A stretch of DNA of 32,000 bases from positions 87,671 to 119,670 of the forward strand of contig CAZNZM010000004.1 of assembly GCA_964577555.1 (NCBI GenBank), in the 5' to 3' direction. The stretch's first letter is position 1; every line of letters starts with the position of its first letter. The stretch is from an uncultured archaeon. Lineage in GTDB: Archaea > Iainarchaeota > Iainarchaeia > Iainarchaeales > Iainarchaeaceae. Both the position numbers and the translations under genes were made by a program. This document shows positions 1-9,123 of this stretch, piece by piece. The notes below the pieces were generated by a model. The model saw only the letters and a list, made by a program, of their open reading frames with translations, did no database searches and was not told where the DNA came from.

Positions 1-1
1 T

Positions 2-1162
2 TTAGGATTCGACTTAAAAACAGGGTTGAACCTAGGCGTAGTAGACCACCATAACGTTCCAGTAAAATTAAATCTTTCAAGGACTTTACAAAAACACTTG
101 GCTATATTGGCAATGTCAGGAGCTGGAAAAAGCTATTTTACCTCAGTCCTTTTAGAAGAATTGCTTTCAAGAAAAAAAGAAGACGGCAGAATAGCAATAA
201 TAGTCATGGACGCCCACGGAGAATACCGTTCCTTTGCAGACCCAGTCACCGACCAAAAATACGTGGACTTCTCACCAATGACAAGATACATAAAAGGCTC
301 AGAAATACAAATCGGAGTACCAAAACTCACAACCACATTTATATCATCAATTCTGCCAGGAATGTCACAAGCACAAGAACGAGACCTTGCACGCATTATT
401 GACAAATTAAAAAAAGAAATGAAAGAAGGAGCCGGGCCTTTTGACTTTTCTTCAATAAAAGCAGAAATTTACACAGACCAAGAAATGAAAGAAAACACTA
501 AACAAGCACTCGCAGGATGGATAAACTCTCTAGAACAAATAGGCATTTTCTCAAAAGTTGACAGCCCATCAATTACAGATCTCATAACACCAGGAAAATT
601 AACCATAATAGATTTAAGCGATATAATTGACTTGAAAAAAAAACAAATCATAGTATCTTATTACGCACAAAAACTATTCAGCAACAGACGAATTGGCAAA
701 ATTTGCCCATTCAACCTAATAATTGAAGAAGCACACCAATTCGCACCTGAAAAAGTTTCCAGAGAAAATGCAATAAGCAAAAAAATCATTGAAACAATAG
801 CAAGGGAAGGCAGAAAATTCGGAGCATCAATATGCCTCATATCACAAAGACCAACACACTTATCTACAACAGCTCTAAGCCAATGCAACACACACATAAT
901 ATTAAGAGTAACAAACCCATACGATGTAGAAAACATAGGAAAATTAAGCGAAGGACTTGACAAAAGAAGCCTAGACATGATAACAACACTAAGAGTAGGA
1001 GAAGCTCTAATAGTAGGAGAAGCAGTAAACTACCCAGTATTCTTCAAGGTTAGAAAAAGACTATCACAAGAATCAAGACACGAAACCACTTTAGAAAAAG
1101 CTGCAAGAGAATTCGAAGAAAGACAAACACAAAAACAAAAAGACATAGAAAACTACATCTGA
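2..1162 (+). CDS. herA: HerA/VirB4-like (DUF87) archaeal ATPase, 5' partial
   Basis: Walker A 'LAMSGAGKSYFTSVLLEELL', 'IVMDAHGEY', 'IIEEAHQFAPE', 'GRKFGASICLISQRPTHLSTTALSQCNTHIILR'. The frame stays open to the left edge (LGFDLKTG upstream of the TTG at 26), so the true start is outside the window. Confidence 0.88.
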   Translation, partial: LGFDLKTGLNLGVVDHHNVPVKLNLSRTLQKHLAILAMSGAGKSYFTSVLLEELLSRKKEDGRIAIIVMDAHGEYRSFADPVTDQKYVDFSPMTRYIKGSEIQIGVPKLTTTFISSILPGMSQAQERDLARIIDKLKKEMKEGAGPFDFSSIKAEIYTDQEMKENTKQALAGWINSLEQIGIFSKVDSPSITDLITPGKLTIIDLSDIIDLKKKQIIVSYYAQKLFSNRRIGKICPFNLIIEEAHQFAPEKVSRENAISKKIIETIAREGRKFGASICLISQRPTHLSTTALSQCNTHIILRVTNPYDVENIGKLSEGLDKRSLDMITTLRVGEALIVGEAVNYPVFFKVRKRLSQESRHETTLEKAAREFEERQTQKQKDIENYI

Positions 1163-1351
1163 CAAAAAAAAACAACAAAAACAAAACTCACAAAAAAAAC
1201 AAGCCACAAAAAAAATCAAAATTTTCATAAAAAAATAAAAGAATTGACACGCAAAAACAAAAAAACAACACAAACAACAACCTAAAAAAAACAAAAATAC
1301 AAAACAAGCTTAACAGAAACGTATTTAAAGTAAAAAGTTATTCAATTTTTC

Positions 1352-1750
1352 ATGAAAGCTATTTTTGAAGTCAAAACAATGCAAACACAATGGAAACCAC
1401 CATTCAAAAAAACTTCAACAGAAAACCAATTTAAAGTTTCAGAAGGGGAAAGCTTTGACCATATTAATGCAAACGGCAATGACGAAGACATATTCCAACT
1501 CATAAAAATAAAAGGAGACAAAGCACTAATAAAGCACAGCAGAGTATTCACAATAAAAAATCCAGCCACGGCACAAGTAGAAAAAGACAGAGGATTATGG
1601 CTCACAATTGAAAAAAGCGAAGCACTAACATATTTATGGGGAGAGCAAGGAATAACAAAAATAATAACCTACAAAGGAATTTCTGAAGAACTTGACGAAC
1701 AAACAAAACAAGAAATAGCGGAAGATCTAATTATTCAACAGGCGCAATAA
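1352..1750 (+). CDS. hypothetical protein
   Basis: Uninterrupted 132-aa ORF upstream of AlaX. The start could be 1352 or the downstream ATG at 1379. No family recognised. Confidence 0.6.
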   Translation: MKAIFEVKTMQTQWKPPFKKTSTENQFKVSEGESFDHINANGNDEDIFQLIKIKGDKALIKHSRVFTIKNPATAQVEKDRGLWLTIEKSEALTYLWGEQGITKIITYKGISEELDEQTKQEIAEDLIIQQAQ

Positions 1751-1751
1751 A

Positions 1752-2456
1752 ATGACACAAAGAATATACCAAATTGACTCATACGCCAAAGAATGCGAAG
1801 CCACTATAACAAAAGCCGAAGAAAAATTTGCATACTTGGACAAAACAATATTCTACCCCCAAAGCGGAGGACAACCAAGCGATACAGGAAAAATAATAGA
1901 CCAAAAAGGCAACGAATACAAAGTAATTTCTGCAAAAAACAACGGAGAAGACATTATTTTAGAATTGGATAAAGAAGGAATATCAGAAGGAAAAGCAAAA
2001 TGCATACTAGACTGAGACAGGCGATACAAACTAATGAAAATGCACACATCATCACATATACTTTCAGCAATAATAAACCAAGAAACACAAGCACTAATTA
2101 CAGGAAACCAACTAGAAGAACAAGAATCCAGAATGGATTTCAACGCAAAAAAAATCGACAAAGAAACAATTGAAAAAATAGAAACCAAAGCAAACCAAAT
2201 AATAACAAGCAACATAGAAATCAAAATATCCTTTGAAAGAAAAGAAATAGCAATGCAAAGGCCAGAACTATTCAAACTAAAAGACGTTCTGCCAAAAAAC
2301 ATTCCGATATTTAGAATAGTTTCAATAGGAAACTTTGACATACAAGCAGACGGAGGAACACACGTCAAAAACACAAAAGAAATAGGAAAAATAAAAATAA
2401 CAAACTTCAAAAACAAAGGAGCGGAAAACAAAAGAATATACTGGCAACTAATCTAA
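1752..2456 (+). CDS. alaX: AlaX-type alanyl-tRNA editing protein, interrupted by an in-frame TGA at 2013-2015
   Basis: ORF 1752-2015 encodes the N-terminal 'TIFYPQSGGQPSDTGKI' motif. ORF 2034-2456 is in the same frame and encodes 'MKMHTSSHILSAI' (HxxxH) and 'DGGTHVKNTKEIG'. The joined reading is ...CILD[TGA]DRRYKLMKMHTSSH, with TGA at the conserved Trp. Confidence 0.85.
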
Positions 2457-2516
2457 AATACACAAACCTAAAAAACAAAAGATTAAAATTAAATTAACCT
2501 ACACGCTAATTCAAAC

Positions 2517-2867
2517 ATGGAATACAAACAAATAATAATAATAAGAAATGACTTAAAAATGGGAAAAGGAAAAATAGCAGCACAAGCCGCACACGCAAGC
2601 TTAGAAGCATACGAAAAAACACTTAAAGAAAAACCGGAATGGGTTTCAACATGGAAAAAAACAGGGCAAGCAAAAATAGTGCTCAAAACACAAACAAAAA
2701 AAGAACTAACAGAACTATTTGAAAATATAAAAAAAGAAGTCCCAGCAACAATGATAAAAGACGCTGGAAAAACACAAATAGAAGCAGGAGAACCAACAGC
2801 AATAGGAATAGGACCATGCCCAGAAACAAAAGTTAATAAATTCACAAAAAACCTAAAACTATTATGA
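2517..2867 (+). CDS. pth2: peptidyl-tRNA hydrolase, Pth2 family
   Basis: 'IIIIRNDLKMGKGKIAAQAAHASLEAY', 'KDAGKTQIEAGEPTAIGIGPCPETKVNKFTKNLKLL' are typical of Pth2. Confidence 0.95.
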   Translation: MEYKQIIIIRNDLKMGKGKIAAQAAHASLEAYEKTLKEKPEWVSTWKKTGQAKIVLKTQTKKELTELFENIKKEVPATMIKDAGKTQIEAGEPTAIGIGPCPETKVNKFTKNLKLL

Positions 2868-3088
2868 AAAAAAATAAAACAACTTACCTAATAATAGGAA
2901 TTCTAACAATAATAATTACAATTACACTAGTCATAACATTAAACGACATGAAAAAAATATTTTTCACAAACAAATTATTTTCAAACCTTAACCCATCCTG
3001 GATTTTCATAATAATAGGAACCATGACAATATGCGGAGCATACTTATTCAGCATAGCCACAAAAATATTAAAAGAAACAACGAGGTAA
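2864..3088 (+). CDS. small two-helix membrane protein
   Basis: ATGA overlap with pth2; 74 aa with two hydrophobic segments. Confidence 0.6.
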   Translation: MKKNKTTYLIIGILTIIITITLVITLNDMKKIFFTNKLFSNLNPSWIFIIIGTMTICGAYLFSIATKILKETTR

Positions 3089-3093
3089 AAAAA

Positions 3094-3852
3094 ATGAAAA
3101 ACTGGGAAACAATAAAAAAAGTAATAAAAGATTCAGACATTGTCATTGAAGTAATAGACGCAAGATTCCCAGAATTAAGCAGAAACACGCAACTTGAAGA
3201 AATAATAAAAAAATCAAAAAAAAAACTTCTCATAGTAATAAACAAATCCGACTTAATATCCAAAAAAAAAGCACAAAAAATAAAAAACAAAATAAAAGAA
3301 AACGCAATATTTATTTCTGCAAAAAAAAGAACAGGAACAATAATTCTAAAAAAAACAATAAAAAAACTTGCTAAAAACGAAAAAACAAAAATAGCAATAA
3401 CAGGATACCCAAACACAGGAAAAAGCAGCATAATAAACATGCTAAAAGGAAAAAAAAGCGCACCAGTATCACCAACAGCAGGATTCACAAAAGGAATGCA
3501 AAACATAAAAATAGACTCAAAAATAATGATGATAGACACTCCAGGAGTAATACCAATAGAAGAATACAATGAAACCAAAATGGCGATAATATCAGCAAAA
3601 AACGTACAATCAATAAAAGACTTAGAATCAACAGGAATAGAAATAGCAGAAACACTGCTAAAAGACAACAAAACAGAAATAGAAAACCACTATGGAATAA
3701 AAGCGGACAACGGCGAAGAACTACTCATAAAAATAGCTGAAAAAAGAAAACTACTCAAAAAAGGAGGAGAATACAACCTTAACGAAGCGGCCAGAATACT
3801 AATAACAGACATGCAAAGAGGCACATTAAAAATAAAAAAAGGAAAAACATGA
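3094..3852 (+). CDS. circularly permuted GTPase (YlqF/RbgA-YawG-like ribosome biogenesis GTPase)
   Basis: G4 'NKSD' precedes G1 'GYPNTGKSSIINML' and G3 'DTPG', i.e. permuted G-motif order. Start placed at ATG 3094 after 'gaggt'. Confidence 0.87.
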   Translation: MKNWETIKKVIKDSDIVIEVIDARFPELSRNTQLEEIIKKSKKKLLIVINKSDLISKKKAQKIKNKIKENAIFISAKKRTGTIILKKTIKKLAKNEKTKIAITGYPNTGKSSIINMLKGKKSAPVSPTAGFTKGMQNIKIDSKIMMIDTPGVIPIEEYNETKMAIISAKNVQSIKDLESTGIEIAETLLKDNKTEIENHYGIKADNGEELLIKIAEKRKLLKKGGEYNLNEAARILITDMQRGTLKIKKGKT

Positions 3853-3859
3853 ATAAGTC

Positions 3860-4525
3860 ATGATATCACAGACATACAAAGAACCAATACAAGTATTTAT
3901 TGCAATTTATGCAATATTTGGAATAATAATATTTTACATAATATTTTCAAACCAAGGATTTGAAATACAGGAAAAATTCAATCAAAACACGAAACAAAAA
4001 GAATATTTCCTACAAAACCTCACAAAAAGAAAAATAAACGACATAAACATCACATACTTAGACAACAAAAACCAAAAAATACTCAAAAACGAGACAATAA
4101 AAGAACTTATGCCTGAAGAAAAAAAAACACTTAACATAGAATCAATTTCAGCATCAGAAATAAAAATCATAGCAACAAGTACATTCTACAACCAAGCAGA
4201 AAAAATCATTCTGTTTGAAACACAAAAACCTACAATAAAAACAACATACCCTAGCACAGTAAAATTCGGACAAAGATTCAACTTTATATTAGAATACTGC
4301 AACAACGACAATACAGAAACACAAAAAACAACAATTGAAGAAAACCACGACAAAATATTTTTCTTGGAAAAACCGATAACAAAAACACTCCAAGTAAAAA
4401 CAGGAGAATGTGAAAAAATAACATATAACTTTTTAGCAGCACACAGAGGAGAAACCAAAATATATTTTAATGTAATAACCCCAAATACTAACCAACAAAT
4501 AGAAGAAATAATAAGAGTTGAATAA
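3860..4525 (+). CDS. membrane-anchored hypothetical protein (N-terminal TM, extracytoplasmic domain)
   Basis: N-terminal 'VFIAIYAIFGIIIFYIIF' then a T/N-rich domain; intact 221-aa ORF. Confidence 0.65.
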   Translation: MISQTYKEPIQVFIAIYAIFGIIIFYIIFSNQGFEIQEKFNQNTKQKEYFLQNLTKRKINDINITYLDNKNQKILKNETIKELMPEEKKTLNIESISASEIKIIATSTFYNQAEKIILFETQKPTIKTTYPSTVKFGQRFNFILEYCNNDNTETQKTTIEENHDKIFFLEKPITKTLQVKTGECEKITYNFLAAHRGETKIYFNVITPNTNQQIEEIIRVE

Positions 4526-4528
4526 ACT

Positions 4529-5179
4529 ATGAAGCAAAACAGCAGCATAATAGAAATAATAGAAAAAATGGTCAGGGACGGCGAACCAGAAGAAAAAATA
4601 TTAAAAACACTCCTCGAGCTCGGCGTGGAACCTGAAAAAGCAAAAAAACTGCTTCTGTTGGGGCAAGCAGATACATTTTCACTACTTAAAAGAGAAATAA
4701 GAAACATAGTACACGATGAATTAGAAAAAGAAAAACCAATGCTCAAAAAATTCATAGAAGAAGAAACAATACAAGCAAACTACGAAGCAAGACAAGAACT
4801 GACAAAAGCAGTAATAAGCGACCTAAAAGAATATGAAAAAGACATTTCAGGATACAACAAAACATTCCAAGAAAAAATTGAAGAAAATGTCAGAAAAATA
4901 ACCGAAATGAACGACAAACTAAAAATAAAACTAAACGAAATGGGAGAAAACCTTAGACAAGTACAAATAGACATGGATGAAATGAGAATAAAAGGAATAG
5001 GGTCAAGAAACAAACTAATAAGCAACGCACTCTGGCTATTAGGACTATTTTTCGGAGTTGGAACATTCTACATTTTCATCACAAGTTTCGGACAAGCACT
5101 AACAATCGACAACATAATAGTAATGATAACAATGGCGCTAATCACAATAACAATGCTTTTTGTGGCAACAATAATATGA
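4529..5179 (+). CDS. hypothetical coiled-coil protein with two C-terminal TM helices
   Basis: Charged/coiled-coil region followed by 'ALWLLGLFFGVGTFYIFITSFG' and 'NIIVIMITMALITITMLFVATII'. Confidence 0.65.
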   Translation: MKQNSSIIEIIEKMVRDGEPEEKILKTLLELGVEPEKAKKLLLLGQADTFSLLKREIRNIVHDELEKEKPMLKKFIEEETIQANYEARQELTKAVISDLKEYEKDISGYNKTFQEKIEENVRKITEMNDKLKIKLNEMGENLRQVQIDMDEMRIKGIGSRNKLISNALWLLGLFFGVGTFYIFITSFGQALTIDNIIVMITMALITITMLFVATII

Positions 5180-5189
5180 AAAAGCCAAA

Positions 5190-5640
5190 AACAAGTTCAA
5201 AAAAAACAAACAAAAAAATTAATTGAAAACTAAAAATGAAAACACGCTTCACTAAAAAAAACGGCTCTACAAGAAAAAGACCATAAACGATTGAATTTTA
5301 AAATTAAAAATTGACAAAAAAAACTTGGCTAAAAAAAAACAGACAAACAAAAATTCAAAAAAAACAAAAAAACGGCTCACAAAAACAAACAACAAAAAAA
5401 ACCAACCAAAAAAAAATAAGAAAAAAAATGACTTGCAAAAAAACAAAAAAAAATAACAAAAAAACTTGACAAGCAACATCAAAAAAACAAAATTGGCTTG
5501 CAAAAAAACAAGCCACAACAAAATAATTGACAAAAAAAATCGTCCAACAAAAAAACCAAAAAAACCGCAAAAAAATGGCTCACAAAAAACAAAAAAATAA
5601 TGACAAAAAAAGGCTCGCCAAAACAAATTTAAAAAAAATA
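5190..5640. repeat. A-rich intergenic repeat block 1
   Basis: 5401-5460 has 44 A, 8 C, 5 T, 3 G on the + strand (hand count). Contains the segment 5487-5583, shared with 23136-23233, and several GGCTNRC cores. Confidence 0.8.
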
Positions 5641-5697
5641 AAAAAATTCAAGCTTTCTCATAATCCTTCAAATTCTTTAAAGCGTTCTCAAGCAAAA

Positions 5698-5718
5698 TTT
5701 TTTTCCTCAAACTTTTTT
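5698..5718 (+). terminator. candidate oligo-T transcription terminator
   Basis: T7 (5698-5704) and T6 (5713-5718) tracts on the + strand in an otherwise T-poor strand, downstream of the 3860/4529 genes. Archaeal termination commonly uses oligo-T in the non-template strand. Confidence 0.35.
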
Positions 5719-5820
5719 CCTTAGAAATCAACCGGTCGATTTCACTTATAATCATTTCAATTTCCAACATATTACTAATAAATCATTCGAGCAATTTAAA
5801 AATAAAAGCAAAAAAAATAA

Positions 5821-6222
5821 TCAACGCAAAGTGCTTTGCAAACCACAAAGAACATCAATAGAAACACCAAACTTTCTCGCCTTTTCAAACGAAATAGTAT
5901 AATACTTTCCCTTGGCAAAATCAGAAGCCTTAAGAAAAAACCAGCCTTTATTAGGATACTTCCAAGCAATATAAGTTTCACTGCCAGCAATCCTCTCCCA
6001 CTTTATGAGGTCATTCATTTGAATGGAACTAATAGCTAAATAAGGAGCTCTCCAAGCCTTACATTCTATTGAAATATTCCTGCCATTACCAAGCACAATA
6101 AGGTCAGGGCTAGGCAAATGATTCTTGCCAGAACCAGCACTGCGAACAACAGCAAAACCGCGTTCAGCAAAAAGCTCCATAAGTTCACGCTCAGCACTTG
6201 CCCCTTTATTATAACGAGCCAT
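5821..6222 (-). CDS. hjc: Holliday junction resolvase Hjc
   Basis: 'NKGASAERELMELFAERGFAVVRSAGSG...PDLIVLGNGRNISIECKAWR' matches the archaeal Hjc nuclease motifs. Confidence 0.92.
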   Translation of the reverse strand: MARYNKGASAERELMELFAERGFAVVRSAGSGKNHLPSPDLIVLGNGRNISIECKAWRAPYLAISSIQMNDLIKWERIAGSETYIAWKYPNKGWFFLKASDFAKGKYYTISFEKARKFGVSIDVLCGLQSTLR

Positions 6223-6446
6223 AAAAAAACTAACAACACTTTCATTTAAAATTTGAAGCCCGACAAAAAAACCAAAACAAAAACAAAAAAACAGAGCCTA
6301 CAAGGTTTGACGAAAAATTAAACAGAAAAAGGCACAACGTCACATTAATATACTTTTTCCAAGCAAAAATAAATACAAGCCCAAAAGGGCATTATGCTTA
6401 GAGAATCAGGATTTAAGCTTTTGAAACAAAAAAAATTGGTTATTGC

Positions 6447-6728
6447 GTGACACAAAAAATCGCAAAAATAGAATTGGAAACAATCCCTAATTCAGACAAA
6501 TTCAGAATTATGGGTTTCAATCCATGGACAGGAAGACTAAGAGTCAAAATAAAATCAAAAGCTCAAAAAGGAGAAGCTAATAAAGAACTTTTATTAGAAT
6601 TTCAAAAAATATTCAAAAACGAAGCACAAATCCTTTCAGGAGAAAAAAGCAGAAAAAAAACAATACTGCTAAAAAACATCTCGGAAAAGGAAGCAAAAGA
6701 AACACTTACAAAAAAAAGCAAATCCTGA
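6447..6728 (+). CDS. DUF167 / YggU family protein
   Basis: 'GRLRVKIKSKAQKGEANKELLLEFQKIF...QILSGEKSRKKTILL' is typical of DUF167. Confidence 0.88.
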   Translation: MTQKIAKIELETIPNSDKFRIMGFNPWTGRLRVKIKSKAQKGEANKELLLEFQKIFKNEAQILSGEKSRKKTILLKNISEKEAKETLTKKSKS

Positions 6729-6761
6729 TTCTAAAAACCAAAAAAAAAGGAGATGGAAAAA

Positions 6762-8171
6762 ATGGCAAAAACATACATAAATGCTGTAAAATACGCAATC
6801 AAAATGAGTTTTGAAGTCGACGGAATAGTTGATAAACCAGACATAATAGGCGCAATATTCGGACAAAGCGAAGGACTGCTTGGAGACGAAATGGACCTCA
6901 AAGAACTGCAAAAAAACGGAAAACTTGGAAGAATAGAAATCAATCACACAACATCAATGGGAAAAACAAAAGGCGAAGTCCTAATACCTTCCTCGCTTGA
7001 CATGGCCGAAACAAGCCTTTTAGCAGCAGGAATAGAAACAGTAGACAAAGTAGGCCCATGCGAAGCAAAATTCAAATTAATCGACATAGAAGACACAAGA
7101 ACAGAAAAAAGACAAGAAATAAAAGACAGGGCAAAAGAAATACTAAAAATGCTAATGGAAAAATCATCACCAGAAACACAAACACTTTCAGACGAAATAA
7201 GAGAAAACGCAAGAGCGGCTGACATAATAGAATACGGCCCCGACAAACTACCAGCAGGTCCAGATGTTGAAACAAGCGAAGAAATAATAATAGTTGAAGG
7301 AAGAGCAGACGTACTCAACATGCTCAAAAACCAAATAAAAAATGTAATAGGAATGAATGGCTCAAACATATCTCCAAGCCTTGCACAACTAACCAAAACA
7401 AAAACAGTAACAGCATTCGTTGACGGCGACAGAGGAGGAATACTCAACGCAAGAAAACTTATGCAAATAGCAAAAGTGGATTTTATAGCACAAGCACCAA
7501 CCGGAAAAGAAGTAGAAGAACTCACAAGAAAAGAAATACTGCTTTCACTAAAAAAGAAAAAACCAGCAACAGAAATAGAAGACACAAACACCCAACAAAA
7601 AGAATATCAAGGACACATATTCAAAGAAAGAATAACAGAAAACCAATATAACAGAAGACACCCAAGAAAAAATATGTACAGAGAAACAGAAAGTTACTAC
7701 AAAAAAAACCAAGAATACAACCTAAATATAAGAAATAAAAGAGGAAGACGCATAAACACAAGAAGCACGACAAGATATGCACCATCAATAAGCAGAAACC
7801 AAAAACCACAAACAAATTGGGTGCAAAAAATAGAAAGAGTACCATTCAACATTGACAACACGGAACCAAAAACAACACCACAAAAACTGTCACAAGACGA
7901 AGAAGCAATATTCAAACCGTTTTTTGAACAACTTAAAGGAACAATGACTGCAAAAATACTCGGCAAAAAAAACGAAATAATCAAAGAAGCAAAAGTAAAA
8001 GACTTAATAAAAGAGCTACCAGAAATCAAAGAAGCCAACGCAATAATATTCGACGGAGTAATAACAAAAAGACTAATAGAAGCCGCAGAAAAATCCGGAA
8101 TAAAATACATAATCGGAGCCAAAAAAGGAAAAATAGAAAATAACAACAATGTAAAAACAATAACACTATAA
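6762..8171 (+). CDS. dnaG: archaeal DnaG-like primase/exosome subunit (Toprim)
   Basis: 'IIIVEGRADVLNMLKNQIKNVIGMNG', 'TVTAFVDGDRGGIL', 'VDFIAQAPTGKEVEELTRKEI'. Start placed at ATG 6762 after 'aaaaggag'. Confidence 0.94.
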   Translation: MAKTYINAVKYAIKMSFEVDGIVDKPDIIGAIFGQSEGLLGDEMDLKELQKNGKLGRIEINHTTSMGKTKGEVLIPSSLDMAETSLLAAGIETVDKVGPCEAKFKLIDIEDTRTEKRQEIKDRAKEILKMLMEKSSPETQTLSDEIRENARAADIIEYGPDKLPAGPDVETSEEIIIVEGRADVLNMLKNQIKNVIGMNGSNISPSLAQLTKTKTVTAFVDGDRGGILNARKLMQIAKVDFIAQAPTGKEVEELTRKEILLSLKKKKPATEIEDTNTQQKEYQGHIFKERITENQYNRRHPRKNMYRETESYYKKNQEYNLNIRNKRGRRINTRSTTRYAPSISRNQKPQTNWVQKIERVPFNIDNTEPKTTPQKLSQDEEAIFKPFFEQLKGTMTAKILGKKNEIIKEAKVKDLIKELPEIKEANAIIFDGVITKRLIEAAEKSGIKYIIGAKKGKIENNNNVKTITL

Positions 8172-8250
8172 AACAAAAACCTAAATACAAACAACCTCCA
8201 ATTTCAAAATAAAAAAAAGCAACAACAATAAAATTCCAAAAAAATAAATT

Positions 8251-8712
8251 TCACTTCTTCCTCTTTGCAAAAGGCCTGGCTACTTCAACGACTTGCTTAG
8301 ACTCCTTCAAATCCCTTATATTTTCCTCTATAGGAATTATAACCCTATCAGACTTATAAAACATCCAACCAACAAACAAAACTGCAAGCCAAAAGAAAAC
8401 ATTGGCAATAGGCACCAAAAGACCCTGCCAAAATTGCCTAATAGTAAGCTCCCTCGAAGAAGGCCTCACAACAACGCCTGTAGAATCATACAAATTTTTA
8501 GCACAAACAGCAAACTCCGCCTTCCCATCATAAGTCGAATAATCAATATTCTGCGCACACTCTTTATAAGCCTTTAAATTATCCCAAGAATCAAACATTA
8601 CTGCAGTTGAATGAATAAACATCAACAACGCCCATACAACAACAAAAGCACCCACAAGCTTTGGAGTATGAACATCCCTACCAGCAATCCTAAAATAAAT
8701 AAGCTTCCTCAT
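8251..8712 (-). CDS. hypothetical membrane protein
   Basis: 153-aa ORF with two TM segments ('LVGAFVVVWALLMFIHSTA', 'VPIANVFFWLAVLFVGWMFY'). TTTATATA-like box on the - strand upstream. Confidence 0.7.
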   Translation of the reverse strand: MRKLIYFRIAGRDVHTPKLVGAFVVVWALLMFIHSTAVMFDSWDNLKAYKECAQNIDYSTYDGKAEFAVCAKNLYDSTGVVVRPSSRELTIRQFWQGLLVPIANVFFWLAVLFVGWMFYKSDRVIIPIEENIRDLKESKQVVEVARPFAKRKK

Positions 8713-8847
8713 CTAAACCTATTTTAATACATTAATTTAATATATAAATCTTGCCAAAGACCCCAAAATTATCAAAAAAACCTTTGCTAAAAAAAAACAC
8801 AAATAAAACACGCAATATAAAGTTTTTGCTGGAATAAGTCACATAAC

Positions 8848-8855
8848 TTTATAAA
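8848..8855 (+). promoter_or_regulatory. TATA/box A for tRNA-Val
   Basis: TTTATAAA 20-27 nt upstream of the tRNA 5' end. Confidence 0.6.
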
Positions 8856-8874
8856 AAACAACAAAAAAAATAAA

Positions 8875-8947
8875 GGGCCGGTGGTCTAGCGGTTATGACA
8901 CATCGTTTACACCGATGAGGTCGCAGGTTCGACTCCTGCCCGGCCCA
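8875..8947 (+). tRNA. tRNA-Val (anticodon TAC)
   Basis: GGGCCGG/CCGGCCC acceptor with A discriminator, GTC/GAC D stem, CATCG-TTTACAC-CGATG anticodon arm, GCAGG-TTCGACT-CCTGC T arm. Confidence 0.95.
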
Positions 8948-9123
8948 ATAAAAAAAACAAAACTGCTACAAAAAAAACAAAAAAAATTTAACCTAAAAAA
9001 TCGGCTGCAAAAAACACTGACAATACAAAAAAAATCCAAAAATAACAAAAACCATAAAAACTTAAAAACAACTTAAAAAAAAATTCAAAAACAATAATAA
9101 TAAGCAAAATAATAATCAGTAAA

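Noticed and set aside
1853-2431. Long - strand ORF (192 aa) antisense to alaX, and similar long antisense ORFs (3048-3671, 6944-7591, 15803-16171, 22466-22960)
   Set aside because: All lie opposite well-supported + strand genes. They encode S/F/L/I/V-rich peptides expected from the reverse complement of A-rich codons and show no family motif. They are compositional artefacts.
5190-5640. CRISPR array
   Set aside because: Repeated words are short, irregularly spaced and separated by A-tracts. There are no equal-length repeats with unique spacers and no cas genes in the window.
5527-5724. + strand 65-aa ORF 'MTKKIVQQKNQKNRKKMAHKKQ...'
   Set aside because: It lies inside the A-rich repeat block and oligo-T region, is lysine/asparagine low-complexity, and has no ribosome-binding site. 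Probably spurious.
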